A program made the translations under genes and the position numbers. The notes under the pieces are model-generated. The model saw only the letters and a program-made list of their open reading frames with translations, made no database searches and was not told the origin of the DNA. Shown here one piece after another: positions 1 through 10,732 of a DNA stretch of 64,000 nucleotides. The DNA is from an uncultured delta proteobacterium (GTDB lineage: Bacteria; Desulfobacterota; Desulfomonilia; Desulfomonilales; Desulfomonilaceae), in assembly GCA_963789265.1 (NCBI GenBank), contig CAWBKB010000001.1:896001-960000 (forward strand), in the 5' to 3' direction. Within the stretch, counting starts at the first letter, position 1. Each line of letters begins with the position of its first letter.

Positions 1-795
1 TTGGACAGGCTTTATTGCTCCTTTGTTCAGATTTTGGAAGAACACATTGGGAATCGCGGTTATGACATGGAAGTGCTTGGAAACGGGTAGGTAATTAAGA
101 AGTCCAAAGAATACGAGAACATGGCACCAATAGACGACAACGTGCATGACATTTAGGGTCGGCACCGCGGTTCCGGACATGAACCAACTCGAAAGGGTCG
201 CGGCGGGAAACAAAGCTGCCACGCCGGTTTTGCCGCTTAGTTGTAGGGCACTTCCATCGAAAACCATGTCGGTAACCATGAGCGCGGCCACCAGTCCAAG
301 GATTACGTATGCCTCATTCTCGTGGCCACCCGTATGGTTATGAGCGTAGCGAGCGGGTCGGAATACGGCTCGCCGGATGATTGCTATAATGCACACGGCA
401 AAAACCATGAGGACTACGTAGTCCTTGAGAATCGCATAAGAGAAGCCCGCGGAGCCGGAGAGCAGCGGTAGGTGAAACTGTGGCGAGAAGCCGCGGCCTA
501 TGAGTGTGAGCGAACGCAGAGACAGGATCAGGAATCCGGCAAAAAGGAGTATATGGAGGATTCCCGCGCCCAGGTACCTGGGTTGTCGCCACTGGCCGAA
601 TCCGTAAACCAGCGTCAAGCGGATTCTTTCTGCAATGTCAGAGAAACGGGCATCGGGCATCCCCAGCCTGAGGAGCTTGATACGCCGAAACATCACGTAC
701 GAAAACATCGAGATTGCTGCGGCAAAGACGACAAAGGCCACAGCAGGGGCAGGGATGCCGGCTAGCGGAACATTGGCCGGCTCAAGGATGGTCAT
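1..795 (-). CDS. Membrane-anchored Fe-S oxidoreductase (FadF/HdrDE-like), N-terminal membrane domain; runs off the window
   Basis: Not in ORF track. Hand translation from ATG 795 (AGAGGT upstream) is open to position 1: MTILEPANVP...GFGQWRQPRY...AGILHILLFAGF...WCHVLVFFGLLNYLPVSKHFHVI. LNYLP.SKH.H is typical of FadF-like proteins. Confidence 0.75.
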   Translation of the reverse strand, partial: MTILEPANVPLAGIPAPAVAFVVFAAAISMFSYVMFRRIKLLRLGMPDARFSDIAERIRLTLVYGFGQWRQPRYLGAGILHILLFAGFLILSLRSLTLIGRGFSPQFHLPLLSGSAGFSYAILKDYVVLMVFAVCIIAIIRRAVFRPARYAHNHTGGHENEAYVILGLVAALMVTDMVFDGSALQLSGKTGVAALFPAATLSSWFMSGTAVPTLNVMHVVVYWCHVLVFFGLLNYLPVSKHFHVITAIPNVFFQNLNKGAIKPVQ

Positions 796-837
796 AGATA
801 CCTCTGCAACCTTTTCCGGAAAACTTACGAATCGTGA

Positions 838-1527
838 TCAACTGACGAGGACCGCCAGGATCTTTGCCGGCTTGTCTCCGTGGGCCTTGACCAGGTGCAT
901 GCTGGTGGAATCGTAGTAAATTGCGTCCCCCGGCCTCAGCACGTCGCGAGTGCCCTCCACCATGACTTCCATCTCGCCATCCAGGACGTAGATGAACTCC
1001 TGGCCGTCATGGGAAGATGGTTCGTCAGAGGCTGCCGGCTGGAGTGTGACGATAAACGGTTCCATCATCCGGTCCTTTTTGTCAGGTGCAAGGGATTCAT
1101 ACTCGTAACCGTGGCTGGCCTGTTTTGCCATTCCAAAACGACTGAACCTGCGCCGCTCGCCGGCTCGAACTATGGTGAACGCTTCTTCTCCGGTGGATAT
1201 CACATCCGACATCTTTAGTGACAGAGCTTTGCTCAGTCGAATTAACAGTCCCAGCGGCAGGAATGCTTCGCCTGCTTCCAGCCGGGCCAGAGCATCGACT
1301 TCGATACCGGTTTTCGCGGAAAGTTCGTCGATGGAGAACCCTCGCTTCTCGCGGACCGCACGTAACTTATGCCCGTGAGATATAGCCCTTTCGTCTTCCG
1401 CCCTTTCCTTGGCCGCGGCTACGGCGTGCGGGTCGGTTAGAAGGTCGTGCCCTTCTTTCTCCTCGCCATATCCTGATACGGCCTCGCTAAAGTCTTCATA
1501 AGAAGCTATGTTATTCCTGTCATCCAT
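838..1527 (-). CDS. XRE-family HTH regulator with C-terminal cupin domain
   Basis: HTH (KLRAVREKRGFSIDELSAKTGI) plus cupin (HDGQEFIYVLDG...GDAIYYDSTSMH). Start moved to ATG 1527 after GAAAGGA. Confidence 0.9.
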   Translation of the reverse strand: MDDRNNIASYEDFSEAVSGYGEEKEGHDLLTDPHAVAAAKERAEDERAISHGHKLRAVREKRGFSIDELSAKTGIEVDALARLEAGEAFLPLGLLIRLSKALSLKMSDVISTGEEAFTIVRAGERRRFSRFGMAKQASHGYEYESLAPDKKDRMMEPFIVTLQPAASDEPSSHDGQEFIYVLDGEMEVMVEGTRDVLRPGDAIYYDSTSMHLVKAHGDKPAKILAVLVS

Positions 1528-1558
1528 AATCGATCCTTTCAGGTCGCCCAATGTTGAA

Positions 1559-1909
1559 GAATGTGTCTCAACACCCTGGAACCGAACGAAATCGTAACAC
1601 GAATGCTCTCTTGTCCCGGCAATCCCGCGTTCCGCGGGACCGGGCTACTGTCACCAGTCCCTCCGAGACGCGTGCATTTAAGCCCCATCGGGGCGATAGA
1701 AAGTAGCCCGGCAATTCATTGCCGGGTGACCCACGAGCAATGATTCAGTTGTTCGTCCCCGAAGGGCGCTCGAAGGATTCATCCTTCGAGCGCCCTTCGG
1801 GGACGAACAAGGATCTCTTGGCCGTTCATTCCCGGCGATAAATCGCCGGGCTACTATGGTGCCGTCCCTCCGGGACGAAGAGGACTCGGAGCCAATTTTA
1901 ACGCCTATG
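1559..1909. mobile_element. ~350-bp palindrome-rich non-coding element (MITE/REP composite), copy 1
   Basis: Close reverse-complement copy at 16754-17105; partial copy inside 29996-30202. Central long hairpin GTCCCCGAAGGGCGCTCGAAGG...CCTTCGAGCGCCCTTCGGGGAC. Ends GAATGTGTCTCAACA and TTAACGCCTATG. Confidence 0.75.
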
Positions 1910-2018
1910 CCTCAAAATCCCCCTTTAAAAAGGGGACTCTAAGCGCTTATGGTCCGGCAAAGGTGCTCACAGCCTGAGGTGCCGGCGCAAACCTAGAGTC
2001 TATGTCACGTCACCTGTA

Positions 2019-3188
2019 TTACATCGATCTGCCTGGAACTCCTATGTTCCTGGCTATGACGATCCTCTGAACCTCCGAGGTGCCTTCGCCTATGTCGAGA
2101 AGCTTCTGGTTTCGGTAGTGTCTTTCAACAGCGTAGTCCTTCATGAGGCCGTATCCGCCATGAAGCTGCACAGCGTGGTTCGCGGCCCTGTAGTATGTTT
2201 CCGAGCAGACAAGCTTCGCCATGGCGCTGTATTTGGGATTCAATCTGTTATTATCTGCCAGCCAGCACGCCTTGTAAAGGAGCAGACGGGCCATTTCTAT
2301 TTCCGTGGCCATGTCCGCCAGCTTGAATGCATTTGCCTGGAAAGATCCTATGGGCCTGCCAAACTGCGTCCTTTTCCTGGAATAGTCGAGAGCCAACTCG
2401 AACGCCCCTTGGGCTCCGCCCAATCCCATAGCCGCAATAGATAGGCGGCCGCCGTCGAGGGTCTTGAGCATCTGATGGAAACCCTCACCTCGGCCCCCTA
2501 GAAGATTATCCTTTGGGACTCGGCAGTCTTGGAAAGTAAGCTGGCCTGTGTTGGAAGATCTCCAGCACATTTTGTCATGCATAGTTTCCGCACTAAATCC
2601 GCGGGTGCCGTTTTCGACCAGAATACAGCTCACTTCAGGCTTTCCCTCATCCGAGCGGTCCGTGACGCACTGAACCACGCAAATCGCGCTGATGTCAGTG
2701 GTCGAATTTGTAATGAAGATCTTGCTGCCATTAATTACCCATTCGTTTCCGTCGAGAACCGCACTGGTCCTGGAAGCGCCGGCATCCGAACCGGCATCGG
2801 GCTCGGTCAGACCGAATGAGGCCAGGATCTTCCCTTTACACAGGTCCGGAAGCCACTTCCTCTTTTGCTCTTCGGTGCCGAAATAATAGATGGGAGCGAT
2901 CCCCAGGGAATTACCTGCGGCTACAGTAGCTGCCTGAGACCCATCAATGCGCGCGATCTCTTCCACCATTATTATGTAGTTGAGGTAACCAACGTCGCTA
3001 CCGCCGTATTCTTCGGAAACAAAAGGGCCGAAGAAATCGAGTTCGCCCATCTTGCGGGTAAGGTCGTATGAAAATTCTTCTTTGTCGTCCAGTTCCTGGG
3101 CTACAGGCGCAATCTCCTTCTCGGCGAAGTCTCTAACGACCTTCCTGGTAAGCTCCGCATCTTTGGGAAGATCAAAGTTCAAGGACAT
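2019..3188 (-). CDS. Acyl-CoA dehydrogenase
   Basis: FGLTEPDAGSDA, NGSKIFITN, QFGRPI, QLHGGYG, IGEGTSEVQR motifs. Confidence 0.95.
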   Translation of the reverse strand: MSLNFDLPKDAELTRKVVRDFAEKEIAPVAQELDDKEEFSYDLTRKMGELDFFGPFVSEEYGGSDVGYLNYIIMVEEIARIDGSQAATVAAGNSLGIAPIYYFGTEEQKRKWLPDLCKGKILASFGLTEPDAGSDAGASRTSAVLDGNEWVINGSKIFITNSTTDISAICVVQCVTDRSDEGKPEVSCILVENGTRGFSAETMHDKMCWRSSNTGQLTFQDCRVPKDNLLGGRGEGFHQMLKTLDGGRLSIAAMGLGGAQGAFELALDYSRKRTQFGRPIGSFQANAFKLADMATEIEMARLLLYKACWLADNNRLNPKYSAMAKLVCSETYYRAANHAVQLHGGYGLMKDYAVERHYRNQKLLDIGEGTSEVQRIVIARNIGVPGRSM

Positions 3189-3519
3189 GCTTTAACCCCC
3201 GTTCACTCTGGAAGATACTATTCAGATTATGAAAGGTCCCGGAAGTCCGGCGACCAATCCGGAGTCATGCTACTACATGTCAACCGGGTTTGTCTGCTGA
3301 AAAGCAGTGTTCCGGAGTCGGAATCCATCGGGCATACGGACAACTGTGGATAAACTTTATTCTCAGTGTCGTGGAAAATGCCGGGCCTGCAATGTGCCCT
3401 ACGCGACCGGGTCATTTTCTGTTTCCGCGATCGCTTTTGAGAATCATCCTAGCCGGTTTTGATCTGCCGGAACTAATGAATACAGTATTTGTAACAAGGA
3501 GTGATAGAGGAGGAGCAAC

Positions 3520-4173
3520 ATGAATCTTCAAGAACAGCTCAACGTCATAAAGAGACGTTTTGAGTCCAGCGTGCCGCCTGCAACAGTAGCCATCATGCAC
3601 CACGCCACCGAGGAGATTCGGAACTCCGGCATTTTGGATCGCACATTGAAAGTTGGACAAAAAGCGCCTGAATTCGCTCTCCCCAACGTAAATGGCGAGA
3701 TAATCGCTTCAAAGGAATTGATTGCAAGGGGCCCGCTGGTGGCGGCTTTCTATAGAGGTGTGTGGTGACCGTATTGCAATGCGGAGCTGGAAGCTCTGGA
3801 AAACGTAAACCGAACCATTGCAGCCGAGGGAGCCACACTGGTGGCAATTTCACCCCAACTGCCGAAGTATTCCGGGATCACGGCCAGGAAACACAACCTC
3901 ACTTTCGACCTGCTGAGCGATGTCGGTAACAAGGTGGCCCGGAAGTTCGGACTAGTCTTTGAACTTCCTGATTATCTGCGCCGGCTTTATCTCGAACTCG
4001 GGACGGATCTGAAAAGGTACAACGGCGACGATTCCTGGACCCTGCCCATGCCGGGCACTTTTGTAATTGAAGAGAATTCGATAATCCGGCATGCGGAGGC
4101 GGACCCTGACTACACCATTCGGCCGGATCCAGAACACATCCTGGAAGTGCTCAAGAGGATCAGATTCCATTAG
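3520..4173 (+). CDS. Peroxiredoxin-like (AhpC/TSA family) selenoprotein, UxxC, 217 aa by Sec read-through of TGA 3766-3768
   Basis: ORFs 3520-3768 and 3841-4173 are in one frame. Junction reads FYRGVW-TGA-PYCNAEL, matching the family motif FYRGxWCPYC. RBS GAGGAGGAG; SECIS-like hairpin follows. Confidence 0.85.
3782..3798 (+). promoter_or_regulatory. Putative bacterial SECIS hairpin
   Basis: CGGAGC-TGGAA-GCTCTG; G-containing loop begins ~20 nt after the UGA. Confidence 0.6.
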
Positions 4174-4284
4174 CAGAGCATTCGACTGGCGTAAGACGTG
4201 GTGAATTTTTCATTTCTCGGGGTGAAGCGCGCCTTCGGTGCGGTGATGGGAGTTGTGAGAATCGTGGGATTGAGGCGCCCTCAA

Positions 4285-4360
4285 AGTCCCCATTTTCTAA
4301 AGGGGGATTTTCAGGGAGTTATACAAAATCCCCCTAACCCCCATTTAAGAAGGGGGAGCC
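4285..4360. repeat. REP-like purine/pyrimidine-tract repeat (AATCCCCCTAA..CCCC.TT....AAGGGGG)
   Basis: Related copies at ~1915-1940, 16575-16680 and 54680-54765. Confidence 0.6.
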
Positions 4361-4737
4361 CGCATCGGTCGCGATAACCTGATCCACCGAATTTAGCACC
4401 AGCGATGCGGTTCTCACGCGAAGCGTAGGGTCACCGCATCCTACAAGAAATTGGTACCTCCGGCCGATAGCGGTTGGTCCCCCAGCCTCAGGTGCCCACA
4501 CGAGTACCGTTCTCCATGCGCCAATTCGAAAAATTATTGACCATCCTGGTTGTAACTGTTACCTTTTTAAATCAAGGGACTCTACTTAAGCTAAATTGCT
4601 TTCTCCGCGTTCTCTGCGATCTCCGCGGTGAACCATTACTGTAACCCATAGTGCGGCCAATTTTGCGAGGGTCCGGCTTCGCCGTTTGAATGATCGTTAA
4701 TGTAATTGTGTTTTTTTATGTATGAGGTTTCCGCTCG

Positions 4738-6168
4738 ATGACCGCGGAAAGAGTTGCTTACACCGAAGAGCGTCGTCAACACTGGGATGCCGTTGCCCTA
4801 CAAATGGATCGCGGACCGGGATGGGGCCAATTCTACCATCAACGAGTGACGAAGATCTTTCAGACCGTTGTTCTCCCAGGACAGCGAATAATTGAATTTG
4901 GTTGTGCATACGCGGATCTTCTGGCGTCACTTGAAACTTCTGTGGGGGTTGGTGCAGACTTTTCCGCTGAAATGATTAAGTTCGCTTCGGCACGTCACCC
5001 CGAACTGCAATTTGTGAACGCGGACGTGCATGAATTGGATGTCAAAGAGACCTTCGATGTAATCATCTTATCTGATTTGGTGAACGATCTGTGGGATGTT
5101 CAACAAGTGTTTCAAACCGCTGCCACGCTTGCGGAACCACACACCAGGCTGATCATAAATACCTACAGCCGACTCTGGGAGCTTCCGTTGGCAATGACCG
5201 AGCGGCTACACCTGGCTCGGCCGACCTTGTATCAGAATTGGCTTACAGTAGAAGACATAACAAACCTTCTTAAGCTGACAAATTTTCAAGTCATCAGGCA
5301 TTGGAGCGAGATCCTCTGTCCCCTTAACATACCGATTCTTCAACCTTTCCTTAATAGGTTCCTGGTCAAGATGTGGCCGTTCAGACTAGGAGGTCTATCG
5401 AATTTTGTGATGGCACGCCCCGTTCCTAAGGATAACCCAGGCAAGAAAAAGCCGCTTGTTTCTGTCATTGTTCCGGCCAGGAACGAAGCCGGAAACATCG
5501 ATCGGATCTTCGAGCGGGTCCCCGAAATGGGCCAAGAGACGGAGCTTGTCTTCGTGGAAGGTCATTCGACCGACAACACGTACGAGGCAATTGAAAAGGC
5601 CATGAATTCCGGTTCGCACCGCAGGTGCAAACTGTTGAAACAGAGCGGCGCGGGAAAAGGAGATGCCGTGAGGTTAGGATTCGCTCAAGCCGAGGGCGAG
5701 ATCCTCATGATTCTCGACGCAGATCTGACCGTTCCTCCTGAAGACTTGCCCCGCTTTTATGAAGCGCTGGTCTCGGGAAGAGGTGAATTCATAAACGGGG
5801 TGAGGCTTGTCTATCCCATGGAAGACCGGGCAATGCGTTTTCCCAATTTGGTTGGCAACAAGCTCTTCAGCCTTGCTTTTCGCTGGACCCTGGGCCAACC
5901 TGTTAAAGATACTCTTTGCGGGACCAAGGTTCTGTGGAAAGCCCAGTACGAGATCATCGCCGCCAATCGGTCATACTTCGGATACTCGGACCCGTTTGGA
6001 GATTTTGATCTTATACTTGGAGCCGCGCGGTTGAACCTCCATATACTCGATTTGCCCATACGGTATCGCGAACGTCGGTACGGGGCAACGAACATCCAAC
6101 GCTGGCGACATGGATTGTTGCTGCTTAGGATGGCATTGGTGTCTGCACTACGACTTAAATTTGTGTGA
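4738..6168 (+). CDS. SAM-dependent methyltransferase domain fused to GT2 (DPM1-like) glycosyltransferase
   Basis: IIEFGCAYADL (SAM motif-like); VSVIVPARNE, GKGDAV, ILDADL (DxD), DTLCGTK. Confidence 0.85.
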   Translation: MTAERVAYTEERRQHWDAVALQMDRGPGWGQFYHQRVTKIFQTVVLPGQRIIEFGCAYADLLASLETSVGVGADFSAEMIKFASARHPELQFVNADVHELDVKETFDVIILSDLVNDLWDVQQVFQTAATLAEPHTRLIINTYSRLWELPLAMTERLHLARPTLYQNWLTVEDITNLLKLTNFQVIRHWSEILCPLNIPILQPFLNRFLVKMWPFRLGGLSNFVMARPVPKDNPGKKKPLVSVIVPARNEAGNIDRIFERVPEMGQETELVFVEGHSTDNTYEAIEKAMNSGSHRRCKLLKQSGAGKGDAVRLGFAQAEGEILMILDADLTVPPEDLPRFYEALVSGRGEFINGVRLVYPMEDRAMRFPNLVGNKLFSLAFRWTLGQPVKDTLCGTKVLWKAQYEIIAANRSYFGYSDPFGDFDLILGAARLNLHILDLPIRYRERRYGATNIQRWRHGLLLLRMALVSALRLKFV

Positions 6169-6186
6169 GGCTGTCGGGTCAAGGCC

Positions 6187-6973
6187 ATGATAAAAGAACT
6201 GCTTACCCATCCGCTCGCACGAGGACTGGACCTGGACGATCCCACAACAACTGAAGTGCGTCGTCGGATAATACAGACAAAAGGATATTCTGGGGCAAAT
6301 CTATCGCGACTGGTACAGGGCGGTCCTGGCGGCCTTGCCTCGGACAGATGGCCCAGTGTTGGAATTGGGTTCCGGCGCGGGATTCCTCAGGGATTTGTTT
6401 CCCGATCTGATAACGTCGGATATTCTTCGCATTAACGACTTGTCTCTTGTGCTGGACGGTACCGAGATGCCATTCGCTGCCGGTTCGCTCCGAGCAATCG
6501 TTATGATAGATGTCCTGCACCACATTTGCCGGCCCAGGCATTTCATCAGAGAAGCGGCCCGTTGTGTGAAGCCCTGTGGAAGGCTGGTGATGATTGAACC
6601 CTGGGTCACTAACTGGTCAAGGCTCGTGTATTCGCGTCTCCACCACGAACCCTTTGATCCGGAATCCGGAGAGTGGGAGTTCCGGGCGAAAGGGCCTTTG
6701 TCGGGAGCTAACGGGGCCCTCCCGTGGATAATTTTCCGGCGGGATCGGTCGCAGTTCGCGGCAGAATTTCCTCAATGGCAAGTTACGGATATCAAACCAC
6801 AAATGCCGATCAGTTATCTCCTGTCCGGAGGAATCTCGTTGAGGGGATTTGCACCGGCGAGAACTTTCAAGGCGATCAAGCGTATCGAAGGCATCTTGGA
6901 GCCGTGGATGGACAAATTGGCCATGTTCGCTCAAATGACATTGGAACGGCTCGACGTTGAAATTGACCAATAG
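6187..6973 (+). CDS. Class I SAM-dependent methyltransferase split by a +1 frameshift near 6285
   Basis: N-terminus ...RRIIQTKG continues in the next frame as ILGQIYRDWYRAVLAALPRTDGPVLELGSGAG...IDVLHH. Confidence 0.75.
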
Positions 6974-7230
6974 TCCACCGCGGAGAACGCAGAGATCGCG
7001 GAGAATTTTGGTTTCGATGCGTGTCTATGCGATGCAGCACGGCAAATTTTAGCCAGTGGCAGGGAAAGAAATTCAAGATTGACTATACGCTCCGGCGACC
7101 CACATGACGCTGAATAAGATATCTTTTTTCTCTGCGTTCTCGGTGCATCCCGCGACTCGCGGGACGGTGAATCATGATTGCCCTATGGATCGTCACGAAA
7201 TTGAAAATGGTGGGGAAGGAGAATTGCAAC

Positions 7231-10200
7231 GTGAATAATCCCGCTGAATTACAGGATCCTCGTTTCGTAGAGATCTCTGGAGGCCGGCCAGGCACCCTGC
7301 GGCCCCTTTTTTCGATTCTCGCACTTTGTCTGATTTTCCTGGCATTTCTCGCTTTCGCTTTCGCTTTGCAGCACAAGGGCTTTAATTCAGCGATGGTATA
7401 TGACGGCGCTGCTCTGATTCACAACAACGCGGCCAAGTTCGCCGAACACGATCCCGGAAAAATCATGAGGCTGGTCCCGGTAAGGCCACTGTTTATGCTG
7501 AGCCTCTACTACAATTATGTATTGGCAGGAATGGAACCGTACTATTTTCGGATCGGGAATATGCTCGTAGTCGCTGCCGGCGGCCTGGTTCTGGTGTTGC
7601 TGTGTATGATCGTTTTCGAAATTCCAGCTCTGGGGTTGCCGGGGACGAGGTTATACAAACAGGGTGTGAGTGTTTTCCTCGGTTTGCTGTTTGTCGCCCA
7701 TCCCTTACAGAACTTTGTCGTTCTGTACGAATGGCAGCGAGAAGCCAGCATGGCTTACTTTTTTTACTTTTCGACCCTTGCCATGTATCTGGCAGTGCGT
7801 TCAGGCCGCTTCCGCCATACGGTCCCGGCTTACATCCTCACGGCTATACTCTTTCTGGTCGGACTATTGAGCAAGGAGAATCTGGCCACAGTCCCCGTGG
7901 TATTCGGTTTGGCAGAAGTAACACTGTTTCGCCAAACTCTTAGGGACTTGCTCAAGAGGGCGCTGGTAGTAGCCTCGATAACGGTCCCTTCCATAATCGC
8001 TTACATATTGGCAACCGGGTATTTGCACGGGCAAGCAGGCGCACACACCTGGGGAATTGCCAGCCGTCTTTCCGATTATTACAAATTCAGCGGGCAGACC
8101 TTTCCGCAAGTGGCGCTAACCGAAGCTCGGATCATCTTTTCCTATCTTTCGATGATTATAGCTCCCTTCTTATTCCCACCGGAATTTATCAGGGCGGAAA
8201 CAATTTCTACCTCGCTGCTGCATCCTCCTGCCACTTTAGCCGCCTGCGCGGCAATAGTTGCTTTGGTCGGCATTAGCACAGTGTGGTTACGAAAAAGACC
8301 GCTGATTGCGTTCGGCATTCTCTTCTATCTTATAGTCTTAATCCCTGAATGTCTCTTGATCCCGCAATACCTGTTCTTCGGTTACAGGGCGATCCTGCCG
8401 ATGGCGGGGGTACTGCTTATAGTCGGGGCAATAACACTCCCTCTCCTCGAATGGGGCAGATCGAATTTGTCCGCGACGACCTTCAGATCCGCTTTGGCCC
8501 TGGCCTCAATTATTCCGGTCGCCTGCCTTGGCGCGGTAACATTTCCTCAAGCTAAGAGCTGGAGCGCTCTCCAGTTTTGGAAAAGCCCGGCGTCTCAGTT
8601 GCCGAACTATTCCGAGAACGTCGAAACCGTCCCTTTTCTGGACATCACTGTTAATTACATGTCCAACCTGCTTGTATCAAAGAATTATTCCGAAGCGATA
8701 AACCTCTTCGGAAAAGTCAGCCAGACTAATATCCAGCCTGAAATGTCTTCACCAAAGCCGGGGGCCACGGTTTACAAACCTGAGCAAATCAACCAGGCCG
8801 CGGCGAAGTTCGTAGAAAAATTTAAAGGAAGACCTCATAGAACTTCTGCGGCTCTACTCGCGCTCGGCGGGGCACTCACATCCACGGGGAATTTGTCCGA
8901 GGCGATGACGGCATACAGGAAAGCCATCCAGGTCGATCCTTACAATAAGAATGCCCTTATGAATCTTGCCGGCCTTTTGTCTCAGACGGGAAAACCGCAG
9001 GAGGCCGTACATCAGTACATTAAAGTCATCTGCTTGGACCCTAAATCCGTGCCGGCGCATTACGGGCTGGGTCTCGCTTTGCAAAGGGCAGGCCGCCGCG
9101 ACGACGCTATAAAGCTGTACCGCAGAGCGATAGAGATTGATCGTCGCTCGGTGATCGCCTACAACCTGCTGGGGCAAGCGCTTAAAGAATCCGGGAAGTT
9201 GCACGAGGCGATACGACAATACAGAAAAGCCATCCGGATCGATCCCAAGTCTGCTGATTCTCACCACAATCTTGGAATGGCGCTGGCCAACTCCGGCAAC
9301 GCTTCCGAAGCGATAAAAGAATATCGCAAGGCCCTTGAGATTAACCCCAAGCTACAGAGTGCACATTGTAACCTGGGCCTTGCTCTGGAATACGCGGGGA
9401 ACATTTCCGAGGCGATGAAGGAGTACACCAGAGCGATCGAGATAGACACCCACTACGGTATTGCACACAATCTTTTGGGCGGAGCGCTCCGTAAATCAGG
9501 GAAGTTGCAGGAGGCAATAGATGAGTTCACAAAGGCGGTAGAGCTTGATCCAGGTTCTCCCATTTTGCACTGCAATCTTGGCATGGCGTTGGCTAATGTC
9601 GGAAGAGGCACTTATGCGATAAAGGAATACCGAAAGGCCCTCGGCATTAATCCTCGGATGGTGGCCGCGCATATCAACCTCGGGCTGGCACTGGAGCACT
9701 CCGGTCGGCTTGCAGAGGCCATGAAGGAATACGAGAGGACCATAGCGATCTCTCCCCGTTTTGCCATAGCGTACAAGGTTCTTGGCAGCGCCCTGGACAG
9801 AGCAGGAAATCACACGCTGGCGCTGGAGTACCTTAAAGTCGCGGCCAAACTGAACCCGAGCTTGCTTAACGGTGATTATCGTGTGGCTCACGACTTGTTG
9901 AAGAATGGGAAGGTAGCTGCTGCGATAGTAAGCTTCCAAAGAATTGTGGAACAGAACCCCGACCTTGCCGCGGCCCAGGCAAATTTGGGTCTCGCTCTGC
10001 TGAGAGACGGGCGAACCAGCGAGGCTATAACGGCCCTCGAAAAGGCCGTGGCGCTCAACAAGGACAATGCTGATACTTTCTACACACTTGGGCTTGCATT
10101 TGCAAAAGTTAACAGAATCTCTGAAGCGATAGATAGTCTTAAGGCTGCGCTGGTCGTAAACCCTCGTCACACAAATGCGAAGCAATATCTCGAACATTTG

Positions 10201-10263
10201 ATGAGCCGAAACAGGCAGGCCGAAAGGCCCGTGGTCTCGCCGGGCTCACAGGCGATCAATTGA
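7231..10263 (+). CDS. TMTC-like membrane protein: GT-C-type multi-pass N-terminal domain plus about a dozen TPRs
   Basis: ~10 hydrophobic segments with RPL, LLFVAHP, LLSKE motifs; repeated AHxNLGxAL...EAIKEYRKAL TPRs. Probable GTG start 7231 after AAGGAG (ORF track 7174). Confidence 0.8.
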   Translation: MNNPAELQDPRFVEISGGRPGTLRPLFSILALCLIFLAFLAFAFALQHKGFNSAMVYDGAALIHNNAAKFAEHDPGKIMRLVPVRPLFMLSLYYNYVLAGMEPYYFRIGNMLVVAAGGLVLVLLCMIVFEIPALGLPGTRLYKQGVSVFLGLLFVAHPLQNFVVLYEWQREASMAYFFYFSTLAMYLAVRSGRFRHTVPAYILTAILFLVGLLSKENLATVPVVFGLAEVTLFRQTLRDLLKRALVVASITVPSIIAYILATGYLHGQAGAHTWGIASRLSDYYKFSGQTFPQVALTEARIIFSYLSMIIAPFLFPPEFIRAETISTSLLHPPATLAACAAIVALVGISTVWLRKRPLIAFGILFYLIVLIPECLLIPQYLFFGYRAILPMAGVLLIVGAITLPLLEWGRSNLSATTFRSALALASIIPVACLGAVTFPQAKSWSALQFWKSPASQLPNYSENVETVPFLDITVNYMSNLLVSKNYSEAINLFGKVSQTNIQPEMSSPKPGATVYKPEQINQAAAKFVEKFKGRPHRTSAALLALGGALTSTGNLSEAMTAYRKAIQVDPYNKNALMNLAGLLSQTGKPQEAVHQYIKVICLDPKSVPAHYGLGLALQRAGRRDDAIKLYRRAIEIDRRSVIAYNLLGQALKESGKLHEAIRQYRKAIRIDPKSADSHHNLGMALANSGNASEAIKEYRKALEINPKLQSAHCNLGLALEYAGNISEAMKEYTRAIEIDTHYGIAHNLLGGALRKSGKLQEAIDEFTKAVELDPGSPILHCNLGMALANVGRGTYAIKEYRKALGINPRMVAAHINLGLALEHSGRLAEAMKEYERTIAISPRFAIAYKVLGSALDRAGNHTLALEYLKVAAKLNPSLLNGDYRVAHDLLKNGKVAAAIVSFQRIVEQNPDLAAAQANLGLALLRDGRTSEAITALEKAVALNKDNADTFYTLGLAFAKVNRISEAIDSLKAALVVNPRHTNAKQYLEHLMSRNRQAERPVVSPGSQAIN

Positions 10264-10732
10264 CCGGGTCCTCGATCGGCGCTATGGCTCTGGTAGCTGT
10301 CTATAACATACAGTAATTTTGCTTGACACTTCATGTTAGCTTACCCTAATATGAATTAAGTTGAGTTTTAGGAAGATATTATGCTTGGACTGTACTCAGA
10401 TTTGGTGCGGTCGCGAAAATTAATGTTGCACATTTGCTGGTTTCGGACAGATCGTAACGACAAAATCATGGTAAAGGGAGAGTGAGTGTAATGGACACTC
10501 TCAACCGAGGCTGGTTCGGCCGGACGGTTCATTAATCGGGTCCAAAACTATCGCTTCTTTACGCTCGTTGCCTTATGTCGCAACCGAGAAGTAGCGGGAA
10601 GTGGGGTTTGGGATATCCGGGTATCGTGACAATTTGGAGTAGCCGAAATCTGAACCGAGGGTTCGGACTGGGTTCCATCTTCATTGTTTGCATCCTCCCG
10701 TTCGGGGACGAATCTTTATGGAGGGCCGCGAA

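Noticed and set aside
1559..1909. CRISPR array among the palindromic repeats
   Set aside because: No regularly spaced identical repeats with unique spacers, and no cas genes. The repeats are dispersed MITE/REP-like units.
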